From assembly GCA_965287045.1 (NCBI GenBank), contig OZ336882.1, positions 80,476,001 to 80,540,000 of the forward strand: DNA of 64,000 nucleotides, in the 5' to 3' direction. How positions within the stretch are numbered: the first letter of the stretch is position 1; the number at the start of each line of letters is the position of its first letter. This document shows positions 1 through 10,930 of the stretch, one piece after another. Source of the stretch: Carcharhinus amblyrhynchos (lineage: Eukaryota). The notes under the pieces are model-generated. The model saw only the letters and a list, made by a program, of their open reading frames with translations. It was not told where the DNA came from and made no database searches. A program made the position numbers and the translations under genes.

Positions 1-1039
1 CAATTATTGTTCTTGGAAACAAGAAGAGAATCCTTTTATTATCTTCGATAATTACTCTAATTTGTTGTGCTATTTGAATTTAAAAAGTTAACAATAAAAA
101 GGGCAGGAGGATTCTCTCGGATGTGTGGAAAGAAATGCTTTCCTGCAACTGCCGGTACTCTGGACACAGGGGCCGAAATGGAAGCATAATGAAGAGTGGA
201 AGCCGAGCCCGTCAGTAAGAATGTGGGTTTACAAAAAGAACAAATACTGCAGGCAGCGGGTAATAAACAAACCAACATTTTCACAGAAGTAAGGAACAAG
301 GAACAGAACAATTGGTCTTCAAGTACAAATCATGGTAAATACTCATAGGCATGAACAGAAAAGAATTATATAATCGCAGTTTTGAGGCGATCAAACAAGA
401 GTCTGCTGTTAAGGATGAAAAAAAAATCCCTCAAATATTGCGCAACAATCCACTCCATTGCCACATTTGCTTTTCGATTACACATACTCCATCATGATAT
501 TTCTCATTTGATGTCCAGGGTCGGGTAGATCAACGGTCTCTGATAATGCCCGGAAGACACTAAGTTTATTCCAGTTGATACATTTCTGTTTTACTTCAGA
601 TTGTTAAATTTGTTGCGTTCTGCCTTTTGCTTCTATTTTCCTTCTTCAATTCACATTTCTGCTTTTAGAAAGTGTTGTAATTGATTGCAATGTCCCTTCT
701 CTCCAGAAGAGGGAGTGAGAGAGCTGCATCTCTCCATCTTCTGAGCAACCTTTATTCCAAATGATTAGAAATTAATGCGCCTCGCTTTCGATCTTATACT
801 TGTAGGAAGTTGGTGTAATGTATTTGAAAAAGGAAAGTCACATTTTGGGACATCCAAAATCTAAACCACCAGATGCTTGTCATTAGTATACTTCGGCCGT
901 TTTTGCATCCATTATCTTGATCAAATATTTAAATGTTTTGATTTAATGTTTCAGTAAGGATTGCCATGGAACGAATCAATTCCACCCTCCCAGGTTATCT
1001 GGATCCTTGACAGTTCGCCCAGGGCCATAACAGGTCTAA

Positions 1040-1950
1040 GAAGATGCGATGTCCCTGACCCTACACATAACCCTGGATCACCAGGATAACAAATACACCT
1101 TTGTCATACTTCGAGTTATAGACAACACCATTATTCCTACGGAATTCATCTTCAAAATCCATGGCTTGGCACTCGGCTTCTCCCTTCGTACTTGGATCCT
1201 AGACTGCAACTAACCGCAATCAGAAAGAATAAGCAACGGCATCTCCCCCACAATCATCCCCAACTCCAGTGCCCTATAAGGCTGTGTCCTCAGCCCCTTA
1301 CTATACTCCTTATTCACCGATGACAGTATGGCCAACTTCCCCTCCAACTCGATTTTCAAGTTTGCTGATGATATCACAGTATTGGATCGGATCTCGAACA
1401 ATAATGAGATAGAGTACAGGGAAACGATGGAGTTGGGCGGCACAGTGGCATGCACTGCTGCCTCACAGTGCCAGGGACCCAGTTTCAATTTCGGCCTTCA
1501 GTCACTGACTGTGTGGAGATTGAATGCTCTCCATGAGTCTCGTGTTTTTCCTCTGGTGCTCCGGTTTGCTCGCATGATCCAAAGATGTGCGGGTTAGGTT
1601 GAATGGCCTGTTAAATTGACCATTAGTATCAGGGGGACTAACAGGGTAAATACATGGGGACAAAGGGAAAGAGCCTGGGTGGGATTATTGTCAGTGCAGC
1701 CTCAATTGGGCAGCTGGCTTTCTTCGGCATTGTAGAGAATGAAAGTTTCTATGAATCTGGTGCGCTGGTGCGACGACAATAATCACTCCCTGAAAGTCAG
1801 CAAAACGAAGAAGATTTTCATCCACTTCAAGGAACATAGTGCAGGGCAAGTCCCTGTCTACATTCACGGAGCCGAACTGGAAATGAACGAGACCTTCAAG
1901 TTCCGAAGTGAACAGATCTTCAACAATCTCTTCTGGTCTCTCTACACTGT
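1040..1950 (+). mobile_element. Decayed Rex1/Babar-like LINE RT fragment, split by a SINE
   Basis: Translates to RT motifs GCVLSPLLYSL and NSIFKFADDITVLDRISNNNEIEYRE (1280-1425). It resumes after the SINE as NLVRWCDDNNHSLKVSKTKKIFIHF (ORF 1739-2041). Boundaries approximate. Confidence 0.75.
1435..1740 (+). mobile_element. tRNA-derived V-SINE/HE1-like SINE
   Basis: Head gggcggcacagtggc..gcactgctgcctcacagtgccagggaccc, followed by V-domain-like tgtgtggag..ttcctctggtgctccggttt. Inserted into the Rex1-like RT. Confidence 0.7.
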
Positions 1951-3379
1951 GGCCACGGAGGCGAGTGAAATTAGGCGAAGGAAAGAAGGGGAGGGGATAT
2001 TTCAAATTTCTTTTAAATATATTTACCACCCAAAAAACTGACCTGAAACATGTGTGCTTCCTCCAACGCGCTTCAGATAGAGCAGATAAAAGTGCAAATA
2101 AACAGGCATAAATACTCAACTATCACTTTTCCTTCAGTATGAGAAGTTCGCGCTGTCTCATCACCTTTTCTTTCAGGCACTTCAGCAGAGCGCTCCAATC
2201 CAGAGAGCTATTAAATCAAGGCACCCAAAGGTATGAATTTGGCGCCCTTACAGCGCACATTGGGACTTCCGTATTGACAAGACGCGCAACTGCGACGCAC
2301 AATCTCCGTAAGTCTTGATTCTATACCGACGTTATGACCCAATAACTTGTTCATTTTTTGTGGTTTCCTGAAATTGAAAGCAGCGCCCATGCACTGAGTA
2401 GCACATTGAACCCTCAGGCTAAATGTTTTACGTCCAATGTGAAGCGCCATAGCTGCCTTCACTGTTTGACTAAAGGCACGACTCCCTCTTTTATTTTCGC
2501 ATTCCGTTCTTTGGTAACTTACCCTCTCCAGCGCATTTCCCTCACATACAGACTGGCTTCATTTGAGAAGTCGTCTGACTTTCCCCTTGCCAATGGCGTG
2601 TGATGTGACAATTGCTGTTACCCATTATCTGCGCTGCTTCTTCAACGGGTTTGAAGATTGCATTAATTTTAGGGAGACAAAAAGCCAGAGATGGATTGTG
2701 CGAGTCAGAAAGGGTTTTATTTGGTATTCGATAGGGTTGCGTGTGAATGAAGGAAAATGTGTTTGGTAAAGTTCTAAATTGTGTGAATCATAAAATGTAG
2801 GGGAGTAAGTCGGTACATCAATCCGAGTCTTCATCAAAGACATTTCACTATTTATCCCTCCCGAGTCTTTCCTATCTCACGTAGAGTAACATAAATTGTT
2901 GCATCCTTTCACACAGTTCTTGCTGCAACCATTCAACATGTTATTCTGCATTTGCAAAAATCCTCCAATAAAAACAAAATAATAAATATGAATCTGCTGC
3001 AGCAATTAACGGAGTAAGAGAGATGTACAGTGGTAGATGACAGCTAACAGAGATTTCACAAATACGTCACGGAACACAAGCCAAAGGGAGTTTTGATGAT
3101 AGCCTTAAAAATTGAAGTTTATTTTAGCGGTGCAATGTAAGAGACTGTGCGAATAGGAAAAGAAAAGTTAGAACTTTATAAAAGCAAAACATAAGAACGT
3201 GGGATAGATGTACTTCTGGGGTAGGTGCAGCATTGGAACCAAATTGATTCAAAAAGGGGGGATAACTAACAGATTTGATACTAACAGACTATGGGCCTCC
3301 AGAACCTTTATGCAGCATTTTCCTGTCTTTCTCGACGTCGCTGTTTTGTTTTGACGCCATGCTTAGAACAAATTCAAAA

Positions 3380-3443
3380 AGGCGCCGCTGAGTTTTGAAC
3401 TCAGGGTCTCCTGTTGACGAGACAGGCGCTTTGACCAACTAAG
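3380..3443 (-). pseudogene. 5'-truncated tRNA-Thr(CGT) pseudogene
   Basis: Minus strand reads CTTAGTTGGTCAAAGCG CCTGT CT-CGT-CA ACAGG AGACC CTGAG TTCAAAA CTCAG CGGCGCCT, then a T-run. This resembles vertebrate tRNA-Thr, with intact anticodon and T stems, but the 5' acceptor strand (~10 nt) is missing. Confidence 0.75.
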
Positions 3444-3674
3444 GAATTTGCGGTTGCCGTTGCGACGGAAAAGCTTCGGACTGCTTTGAGGTTTGCATTT
3501 ATTAATGGCACTTATTGTATTGTGGAAACATCAATGGAAGGATAAAATGGTTGGTTTCACGGATTGCAAAATTATTGAATATTCGGTTTGCCGTTGTAAA
3601 TTGCGATCCCATCTATTCCTTGCCACTCTTTCCTGTGTAATGTTAAGTAACATCAATCAATCAATTCTGTATTT

Positions 3675-3840
3675 AAAAAAAAACAGAAAATAATGAAAAA
3701 TGTCTGGAGATCTGACGAAAAGTTATCCTGATACGTAAACTTGGTTTTCTTAGCTCTCCAGAGATGCTGTCAGACCTGATCCGACTTCTGAGCATTTCTG
3801 GAATTGCTTCAGATTGCAGCGTCCGCAATATTTTGTTGTT
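3675..3840. repeat. Decayed Penelope-like terminal repeat (elasmobranch-type)
   Basis: aaaacagaaaat...tctgacgaaaagttatcctgatacgt...ctctccagagatgctgtcagacctg...catttctg...ttcagatt resembles a common shark repeat recalled from memory. Confidence 0.4.
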
Positions 3841-4254
3841 ACTGCTAAATTTGTTCACTTGTGCTCAGCGATCGGCGACAATAATTCAAAGCTCTTCCAT
3901 AAGCATCATCATCCAAAGGCACGAATGATCCAGTCTGGTTGCTTTATAGTGGAATATCAATCCAGAATTTTAGTTCGACTTTGTTAGTTTGATTTAATCT
4001 TCAAAACAGCTGTCTTCGTGTGTTTTCTTGTTTTTCTTTACGGATTTCGGCTTTTGTTAGTTTTTTTCTGTATTAGAAGAAGAAAGGACAAAGAAAATCA
4101 CTGCACAGGAACGCAGCTCTCCAAGCCTGCACCGACCATGCACAGATAACCCTACAGATTAATGCACTGATACATCCACAATCTATTTCCAAATATCACA
4201 ACTATTAACAAGGTTAATATATTTCGAGAGGAACTGAAGGTTAAAATAAGAATC

Positions 4255-4800
4255 TAATGCTTCAGTTACACAGCACAATGGCAAGAAGCAGACTTCGAAT
4301 ATTGTGTGGCATTTGAGTATTTGAGGCCAATATTTCTTTTAAGGAAGGATACAAGACTCGTTTTCGACGTGTTAACGCAGAAGGCGTCCGACAAGTTTAA
4401 CTCAAAGAACAAAGAACAACCCAGCACGGGAGACAGGCCCTTCGGCCCAAGGAGGGGACAAGGTTAAGTCATAAGATAAAGCTCATGGTATTCGTGTCAG
4501 TAAAGCATCGAGAGAAGGTTGGCTAATGGGGAGGAAACAGCGACTTGGGATAAGCGTTTTCTTTTCTGTTTGGCGATCAGTAAACATTGAACTCCCATGG
4601 GGATCAGTGCTGGGGCCGCAGTTGTTTACAATACATGTTATAACTCGGAAGAAGGAAGCGAACGCACCACAGTCAATTTGATAGGTAGCACAAATACAGG
4701 ACAAAAGTCTGTTTGCGAGAATGATAAAAACATTTTAAAACTTAGATATATTAACTAAGTGGGAAAACATTGGGCAAACATGTGGGTAAATGTCAGCCAT
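4255..4800 (+). mobile_element. Old degraded CR1-like LINE fragments
   Basis: gctcatggtatt..ggttggctaatggggaggaaacagcga..ggggatcagtgctggggccgcagttgtttacaatac ([11 protein letters not shown]). An antisense LINE/SINE tail aaagaacaaagaacaacccagcac..ggcccttcggccca sits at ~4405-4450. Confidence 0.6.
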
Positions 4801-4809
4801 ATAGCCTCA

Positions 4810-6560
4810 AGAAAATGTTTTGAATGTCTCAGTGAATTTGATAAACTTATCAAAGAGCATTTCAAAAGTCATCGGTATTATGCCTCAGGAAGACTAGCGT
4901 TTTAGTTCTCAGGGCCTATGCTAGGTTCATCACTAGACCGGCAGAGCGATTCAGAAACCAATTCACTAATGAAGTAAAATATGTTAAAAACCATTCCATG
5001 TTAGTTCATTAAACACGAGATGTGAGTCACGTATGACAAATTAACAATACATTTGAGCTATGTGGCCAACAACGCTGCAGTGGGGTAAAATATTTTCCAG
5101 CTACAATCCCATATTTTTGATTGTCTGGAGGTAATGATTTTTGGAATTCGTTGCAAATTGTGGTTTATAGTTTGAAAATTCGTCGTGGTCAGAGCCTCGA
5201 TGATGAATGATGAATGGGATGGATAGGATAGAGGTGGAGAGACTCTTCCCGCTCAGAAAGGATAATAGGACTAGGGGGCACAGCCTCAAGATAAAGGCGG
5301 GGGGGGGGGGGCGATTTAGAACGGAGTTGAGGAGGAACTTCTTCACTCAAAGGGTGGTGAATCTCTGGAATTCTCTGCCCGTTGAAGTGGTGGAGGCTGC
5401 CTCGCTAAATATTTTTAAGACGCGGGTTGATGGGTTTTGGATAAGAGAGGGGATTAAGGGTTGTGGGGAGAGGGCGGGAATGTGGAACTCAGCCACGACA
5501 GATCAGCTATGATCTTATTGAATGGCGGGGCAGGCTCGCAGGGCTAGATGGCCTACTCCTGCTCCTATTTCTTATGTTGTTATGTTCTTAAGACGGGAGG
5601 AATCTATCCAGATCTAGACAAGACTGCGCAATGCAAGCCCCCGTGAATTGTTCATCCCATGCTCCAATTTCTTTTTGACTTGAATCTGCAATACTGCAAT
5701 AGAATCCAACTCTATATCTTCTATCGAACTGTTCAAATAATTTTTTTTCGGTTTCCATACATCCGTGGAATATATTGCAATCAGTCTTGGAACAGGCAAA
5801 TTTAAAACTTTTGTCAAGAGTTTTGAATACCAGGTGGCTCTCTCGTGCATATGCCGTTTTGACGTTGAAAATGAACTTTCTTGATATGAAAGAAGTCGTT
5901 TCAGACATTTCCGCATCAAATTTAAAAAAAGAGTGAAAGTTGAAGCAATTTTTTTAGCAGAGAAATTTGAAATGTATGATATTGCTGTTTTTAATGTTTT
6001 GTGGAACCATTTGCTTCAAAAAATTAATGCCACCAGAAAACCACTGCTAAATATTGATGCAACTTTACGGAATGTTTCAGAATTGTGAGCGTCAGCTAAT
6101 AGTTTTGTCATGCGTGTTCAAAATGACTACAGCTCAATGGAAGCAGAGGTACACTAACATTAGCAAAACAATCATGACCCTCTGAAGGTGAAAAGCGCGC
6201 AAGACACAGGAAGTCATTTTTTTGATGAAACTGGAAACAATGGCACCGTTTTCAGAACGGAAATAAAAGATCATCATTGAGAATATCAATGTTATTTGTG
6301 ACCAAAGAATGATGAAATTGCAGAATAGAAGTGAACCTCTGAAGAAAACTTTGTGTATTTCGACAGATGTTTGGATGAGAATACTAAAGGCTATTGAAGT
6401 AAGACCGCAATATAGAACATTCTTCTCGGCATCCTCAGATGAAGTAAGTGTCGATTTCAATTCAGCAATTACAGGCATAGTTTTCAGAAGTTAAGAACAA
6501 ACACGAAAGCAGTTCATCAGCGACGAACTTGCATACTATTGTGAACTGTGCTTCTCTGTC
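4810..6560 (+). mobile_element. Decayed hAT (ZMYM1-like) DNA transposase remnant, interrupted by a CR1
   Basis: Frameshifted motifs appear in the expected order: NEVKYVKNHSMLVH*TRDVSH..LTIHLSYV (~4970-5065), IRRGQSLD (~5180-5200), RELFIPCSNFFL (~5640), NTRWLSRAYAV (~5825), VLWNHLLQKINATRKPL (~6000). Boundaries approximate. Confidence 0.65.
5203..5590 (+). mobile_element. 5'-truncated young CR1/HER1-like LINE 3' end
   Basis: ORF2 C-terminus MMNGMDRIEVERLFP..RRNFFTQRVVNLWNSLP, 3' UTR, and tail tttcttatgttgttatgttctta. Confidence 0.92.
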
Positions 6561-6645
6561 CTCAGGGCGATAGTGGAAGGGGCATGACGTCATTGGAGTG
6601 TTGTAATTGAGGTGGGGTTGGGGGCTGATTTGAAGGTGAGCAATC

Positions 6646-6990
6646 GTTTTTATTCAGTTATGGGATGGGGACGCTGCTGGTAGAAGTCATAATTCACTAC
6701 TAATCCCAAATCGTCCTTAAGAGAGCAGTTAAGAGTCAAATAGGTTGCTGTATGTCTGGGCTGGCATACAGACGACAACAGGTGAGGATGGCATGTTCCC
6801 TTTCGTATTGGCATCAGTGAAGCAGACAGGTATTTATGACAATCCATTCATGGTGATCACTGGATTTTTAAAAAATAATGATTTGTAATTCTGCAACCTG
6901 ATGCAGAACTCCTGCACCCTCAGAACTCCTGAATATACTTTTGATGTCTGAATTGCTACGACTAGATTACAATACTGCTAAGTCAACTGC
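6646..6990 (-). mobile_element. Old decayed SINE-like repeat
   Basis: gagcagttaagagtcaa..ggtgaggatggca..tatttatgacaatccattcatggt. A homologous copy sits near the end of units 2-4 (e.g. 32489-32830). Orientation inferred. Confidence 0.45.
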
Positions 6991-7574
6991 AAAAAAAGAA
7001 CTACCCTAAAACTTGTCAGTATTATGACTATTGTTTTTCGTCATTTTGGGACATTTTCCATCGTTCAGCTTTTCCGACTAAATAGTGAAGAATAGTTCTT
7101 TTAAATCAACAGAGTCCAGAGCCGAACATGCACATGAGTCAGTTTGAGGATTAAGATGCAATTTATTTAAAGATATAACATTTGTTTAATTGACTGTGTC
7201 ATATCATGCAAGAACCCAATGGCTGACAGGAAGCAAAAAAAAAAGACAATATATAATACATCAACTTCAGAAAGAGAAACAGTGTTGTTTGATAACTTTG
7301 CAGAATAAGTGACTTGTAAAACACAATTCTAATTGACAGAAACGATAAAGGAGAAGACCAATATTTATAACACAACAATTGGGTGATTTACAATTATATT
7401 ATTCAAAAAATGAAAGTATCTTTCCAGCAACAATTTGATCTGTTTGGCTGGGCACTATGTGGCACTCATCTCTCAACTTAGGCTCCCAGTAGCTGCTGAA
7501 ATTAAGTTTAAGCTCTGTTTAGTTATTAGTGCCACATGTCGGCTTACATTTACACTGCAATGAAGTGACGATGA

Positions 7575-7775
7575 AATTTGCCAAGTCGCCATACTCCAGT
7601 GCCGATACGGGTAATCTGAAGGAGAAGTTAGCACCGCCAAAGCAGTTAACATTCTGACAGTATTAGGAAGCAGGAAAAGCCGGAGGGAACCCACGAAGAG
7701 ACGGGGAGAACGTGCAGACCCCGCATATACAGTGACCCAGGCCAGGAATCCAACGCGGCTGCTTCCATAGCACGG
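7575..7775 (-). mobile_element. Decayed V-SINE-like element, antisense
   Basis: ccggagggaacccacgaagagacggggagaacgtgcagacccc..cagtgacccaggcc is the reverse complement of the V-domain and head seen at 1435-1740. Confidence 0.6.
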
Positions 7776-7984
7776 TAAATTACTTCTGAGAGTGAGATCA
7801 AATAGGTGAGCATAGCTGATGTGCCGAGGTCGTCGGTGAGACATGGCTAGCCAACCTGAGTGTGAGAAGTCTTACTGACTACGTGGAAGAAACGACTAAC
7901 AAATTGAGTTTAATTGACTGTGTCAGATCGTGCAAGATCCCAATGGCTGGCAGGAAGCAAAAAAAAGACAATATATACAATATA

Positions 7985-9825
7985 TCATCATTGCTTTCAT
8001 CCCCAGAGGGACCAATCCTGAATTCATCAAACGCGGATTCTCTGAAGACGCCACTCCCTGACAATATCGACATCGACAATCTGAGCAAAAATTGATAACT
8101 TTACTGCCAGAGTCAGCACAGATAACCAAACTTGGGGAGGTGTGATCCTGAAAAACGCATTTGGCAAAAGCAACAGCAACGGTCTGCTTTGCTTGCAATT
8201 TAACGCTGAGCATGAACTTCTAAGCCGCGCAGTTTTCTGGCTCCAATGTCAAATTCAGACATCCTGAACGCGTTGACGGGAAAGCTGGCCATTGGAATCT
8301 CATGAACGACATAATTGTCAGGAAGGATGGCAGACAGGATGTAAGGATGATTCAGACCACGCGTGGCACCGACTGTTGGATTGAGCACAAGTATGTTATC
8401 TCCAAAGCATGTCTGAAGATTCAGCTAAAGTGACACCCTCAAGGCAATACGATCACCGAACGACTGAAAATCTCAAGCTTGAAGATTGACCACACCCAAC
8501 TGCAGCTCACTGATGATCTGTGGCGGCCAAGTGACCTTCAGAAACCCGAAGACAAGATCGAGGATCTTTGGGGTTTCTGACGGGATACAGTATATGCCAC
8601 AGCTGAACGGTTATTGGGTCGCACAAGGAGTAAGCACCAGGACTGGCTTGAAGGAAATGGCCCTGAAATCCGGCATCCTTTTGAAAAAAAAATACAAAGT
8701 ACACAGAGCATACCTAAATGAAAATCCGGAGGCAAAATAACTGTTTATAACACTATTCGTAGCACAGTTCAAGGCAGATTACATGAAATGCAGGGCAAGT
8801 GGCTGAGACAAAAGACAGATGAAACACAAGCCTGTGTTGTCAAAACATACACGAGGCACCACTACGAATCTGTCAGGATGTTCCTTAGGGTTCACCCAGA
8901 CAATTGCTCTCCGCTATTCAGTGTTTCAGAGACGACACTACTCACAGTGTAATTTCTGATGTTAGAGACGGCTGTGTCTTTCAAAAACACCCACAATTGG
9001 CCATCCCATATTAATGATGAAGTTGCAAGTAAACATCCCCAGTCAATACCAGCGCTTGCTCGGGACTTCACCCACACTGTTTGAAAGAGAGAAAGCCTTC
9101 GAGTAATTGTCAAATGACAAAGTCCCTGGAGCCGATCAAATTCCAGTAGACATCTATACATATGGTGCATCATGGAAACTCAGAATGTCCACCCACCTCT
9201 GAAGTTCACATGCAAGCAACGGATCCTCCCACAATGCTTCAATGACTGTTTCTTTGCTTATATCTGCAAACATGAAGTCAAACTCCAGTCCTGTGACAAA
9301 CACAACTGATTATATGAGCTGACTATTTCCGGAAAGGACTTTGCCAGAACCCTTCTAAACCGACTCACCTGAGCAAGGTTCTTTCCGGAGAGCAATTTTT
9401 GTCAGGGCAAACAAAAATGGAACCATCGACATGGCATTTGTTGTTCACCAAATGCAGGAGAAATGCCCAAACCAAAATGTTGAACAAGGCACCAAATTCA
9501 TCCATCTTGCCAAGTCTTCGAAATTGTTAGCAGCGAAGGACTCTGATGTATTTATAGTAAGTTTGGGCTTCCATACTAACTCAATCAGATGGCTCGACAG
9601 TTGTACAATGGCCTGCAGGCCCGGCTGCGCCTTGACAATATGATTTCGGCCCCGTTCTGTGTCATCAATGGAGTGTAACAGTGCTGCATACTGGCACTAG
9701 TCCTCTTGCGCATCATGTTCTTAGTCGCGCACACTAATGCCATCGAGGCTAAGGATTAGGAATAGAAATCAGTTATGGAATAGACAGCCGGACTTTCAAT
9801 TTGAGACGCCACAAAGTCAAGAAGT
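7985..9825 (+). mobile_element. Decayed RTE/BovB-like LINE (endonuclease plus RT), longest copy
   Basis: Motifs: NFTARV..WGGVI..GKSNSNGLL..AEHELL, HWNLMNDIIVRKDGRQDVR..RGTDCWIEH, KHQDWLEGN, MAFVVHQMQEKC, NGV*QCCILA, FNLRR. Many stops and frameshifts. Confidence 0.8.
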
Positions 9826-10734
9826 CCAAAATGCCAGAATAAGAGAATAATAAATCTTCGCAAATCTTTGGGTGGTAGTCATGATAGAGATGGGCAGCAG
9901 CGTAGCCATGAGCGATTTGTATTTAAGGGCCAGGGCTTTAAAATGGAGGCATTGCTCGTCCAGAGACAAAAAAAACATTTGGTCAAATTAAATACTGACC
10001 AAGTGGTCAGGAAGACTCCTGCAAAAAGTTTCAATCGATGAAACATCGTGTCCACACGGCAAGGAGCTATTTTCATCGCTTGTTGATGGACTGAACTCTC
10101 AAATAGGGAAAATATATCAACGTACTGTGAAATTTTCTTTGCAGCTCGGCTGCACTGAGTTCAATCGCCAGCAATAGCTTAGTGCCACTCGTTCAGAGTG
10201 ATGCAACGTGTCCGTCAAGCTGTGTCAAGCTCTGGGTCTCAAATTCTCATTGGTGCGTCAGAGGGGTAGTAAAGAATGATACCAAACCTAATCTCTATTT
10301 CACGGGTTGGCACGGGACACTCTGAAATAGTATCACCTCAAGTAATGATTCAGTAGATCATACATATTTAAGTTCAGTTAGCATTGATAATGATAGATTA
10401 ACATGAATGGTAAATTTGTAGTTTAGTTCCTACAATTCAGATTGTAGTAAAGACACAGGAGAGTAAGATAATTGTCACAAGTAAAAACGACTATTCATCA
10501 CTAATTATCACAATGCCCATCAAGTGAAAATTTATGGACACAGGAGCGAAATACAAATAAGCTGTACATTAGATGCATGCATTTAAATCAGTGCATGATG
10601 AAACTGGCAGAATCAAACATTGTGTCCACGGGGATGGCCCATTCTGTCTTCTGGGAACCAGCGCAGAACACATGAGCTCCAGGATTCCTTTCAGATCACT
10701 GATGTTATTTGACGGAGCTTCATGGACTGACTGA

Positions 10735-10930
10735 GTGTCGATTGGCCTACAAGGATTCCCTCCTGAGGAAAGGGACTTTGTTGATTTAATTTGGTGAATA
10801 TGACGCAATGAGTGCGTAGCCTGATTTTTTTCCTCCAGGGAATGTATTACAGTACAAAAAGGGGAGAGTTTAGGAATCGTTTATACAACGGTGCATCGAG
10901 CGAAACCTTTGCATTCTCCTCGAAATCACA
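10735..10930 (+). promoter_or_regulatory. Candidate proximal promoter of GPCR copy 1 (equivalent in each unit)
   Basis: Reverse CCAAT (ATTGG at 10741), TGACGCAAT (10801), TACAAAAAGGGG (10853; TATAAAAAGGGG in copy 3 at 35528), and strong Kozak acaATGG. Motif-based only. Confidence 0.4.

Noticed and set aside
1-960. Possible gene fragment in the first kilobase
   Set aside because: I found no recognisable protein motif or exon structure; it is AT-rich with faint repeat remnants only.
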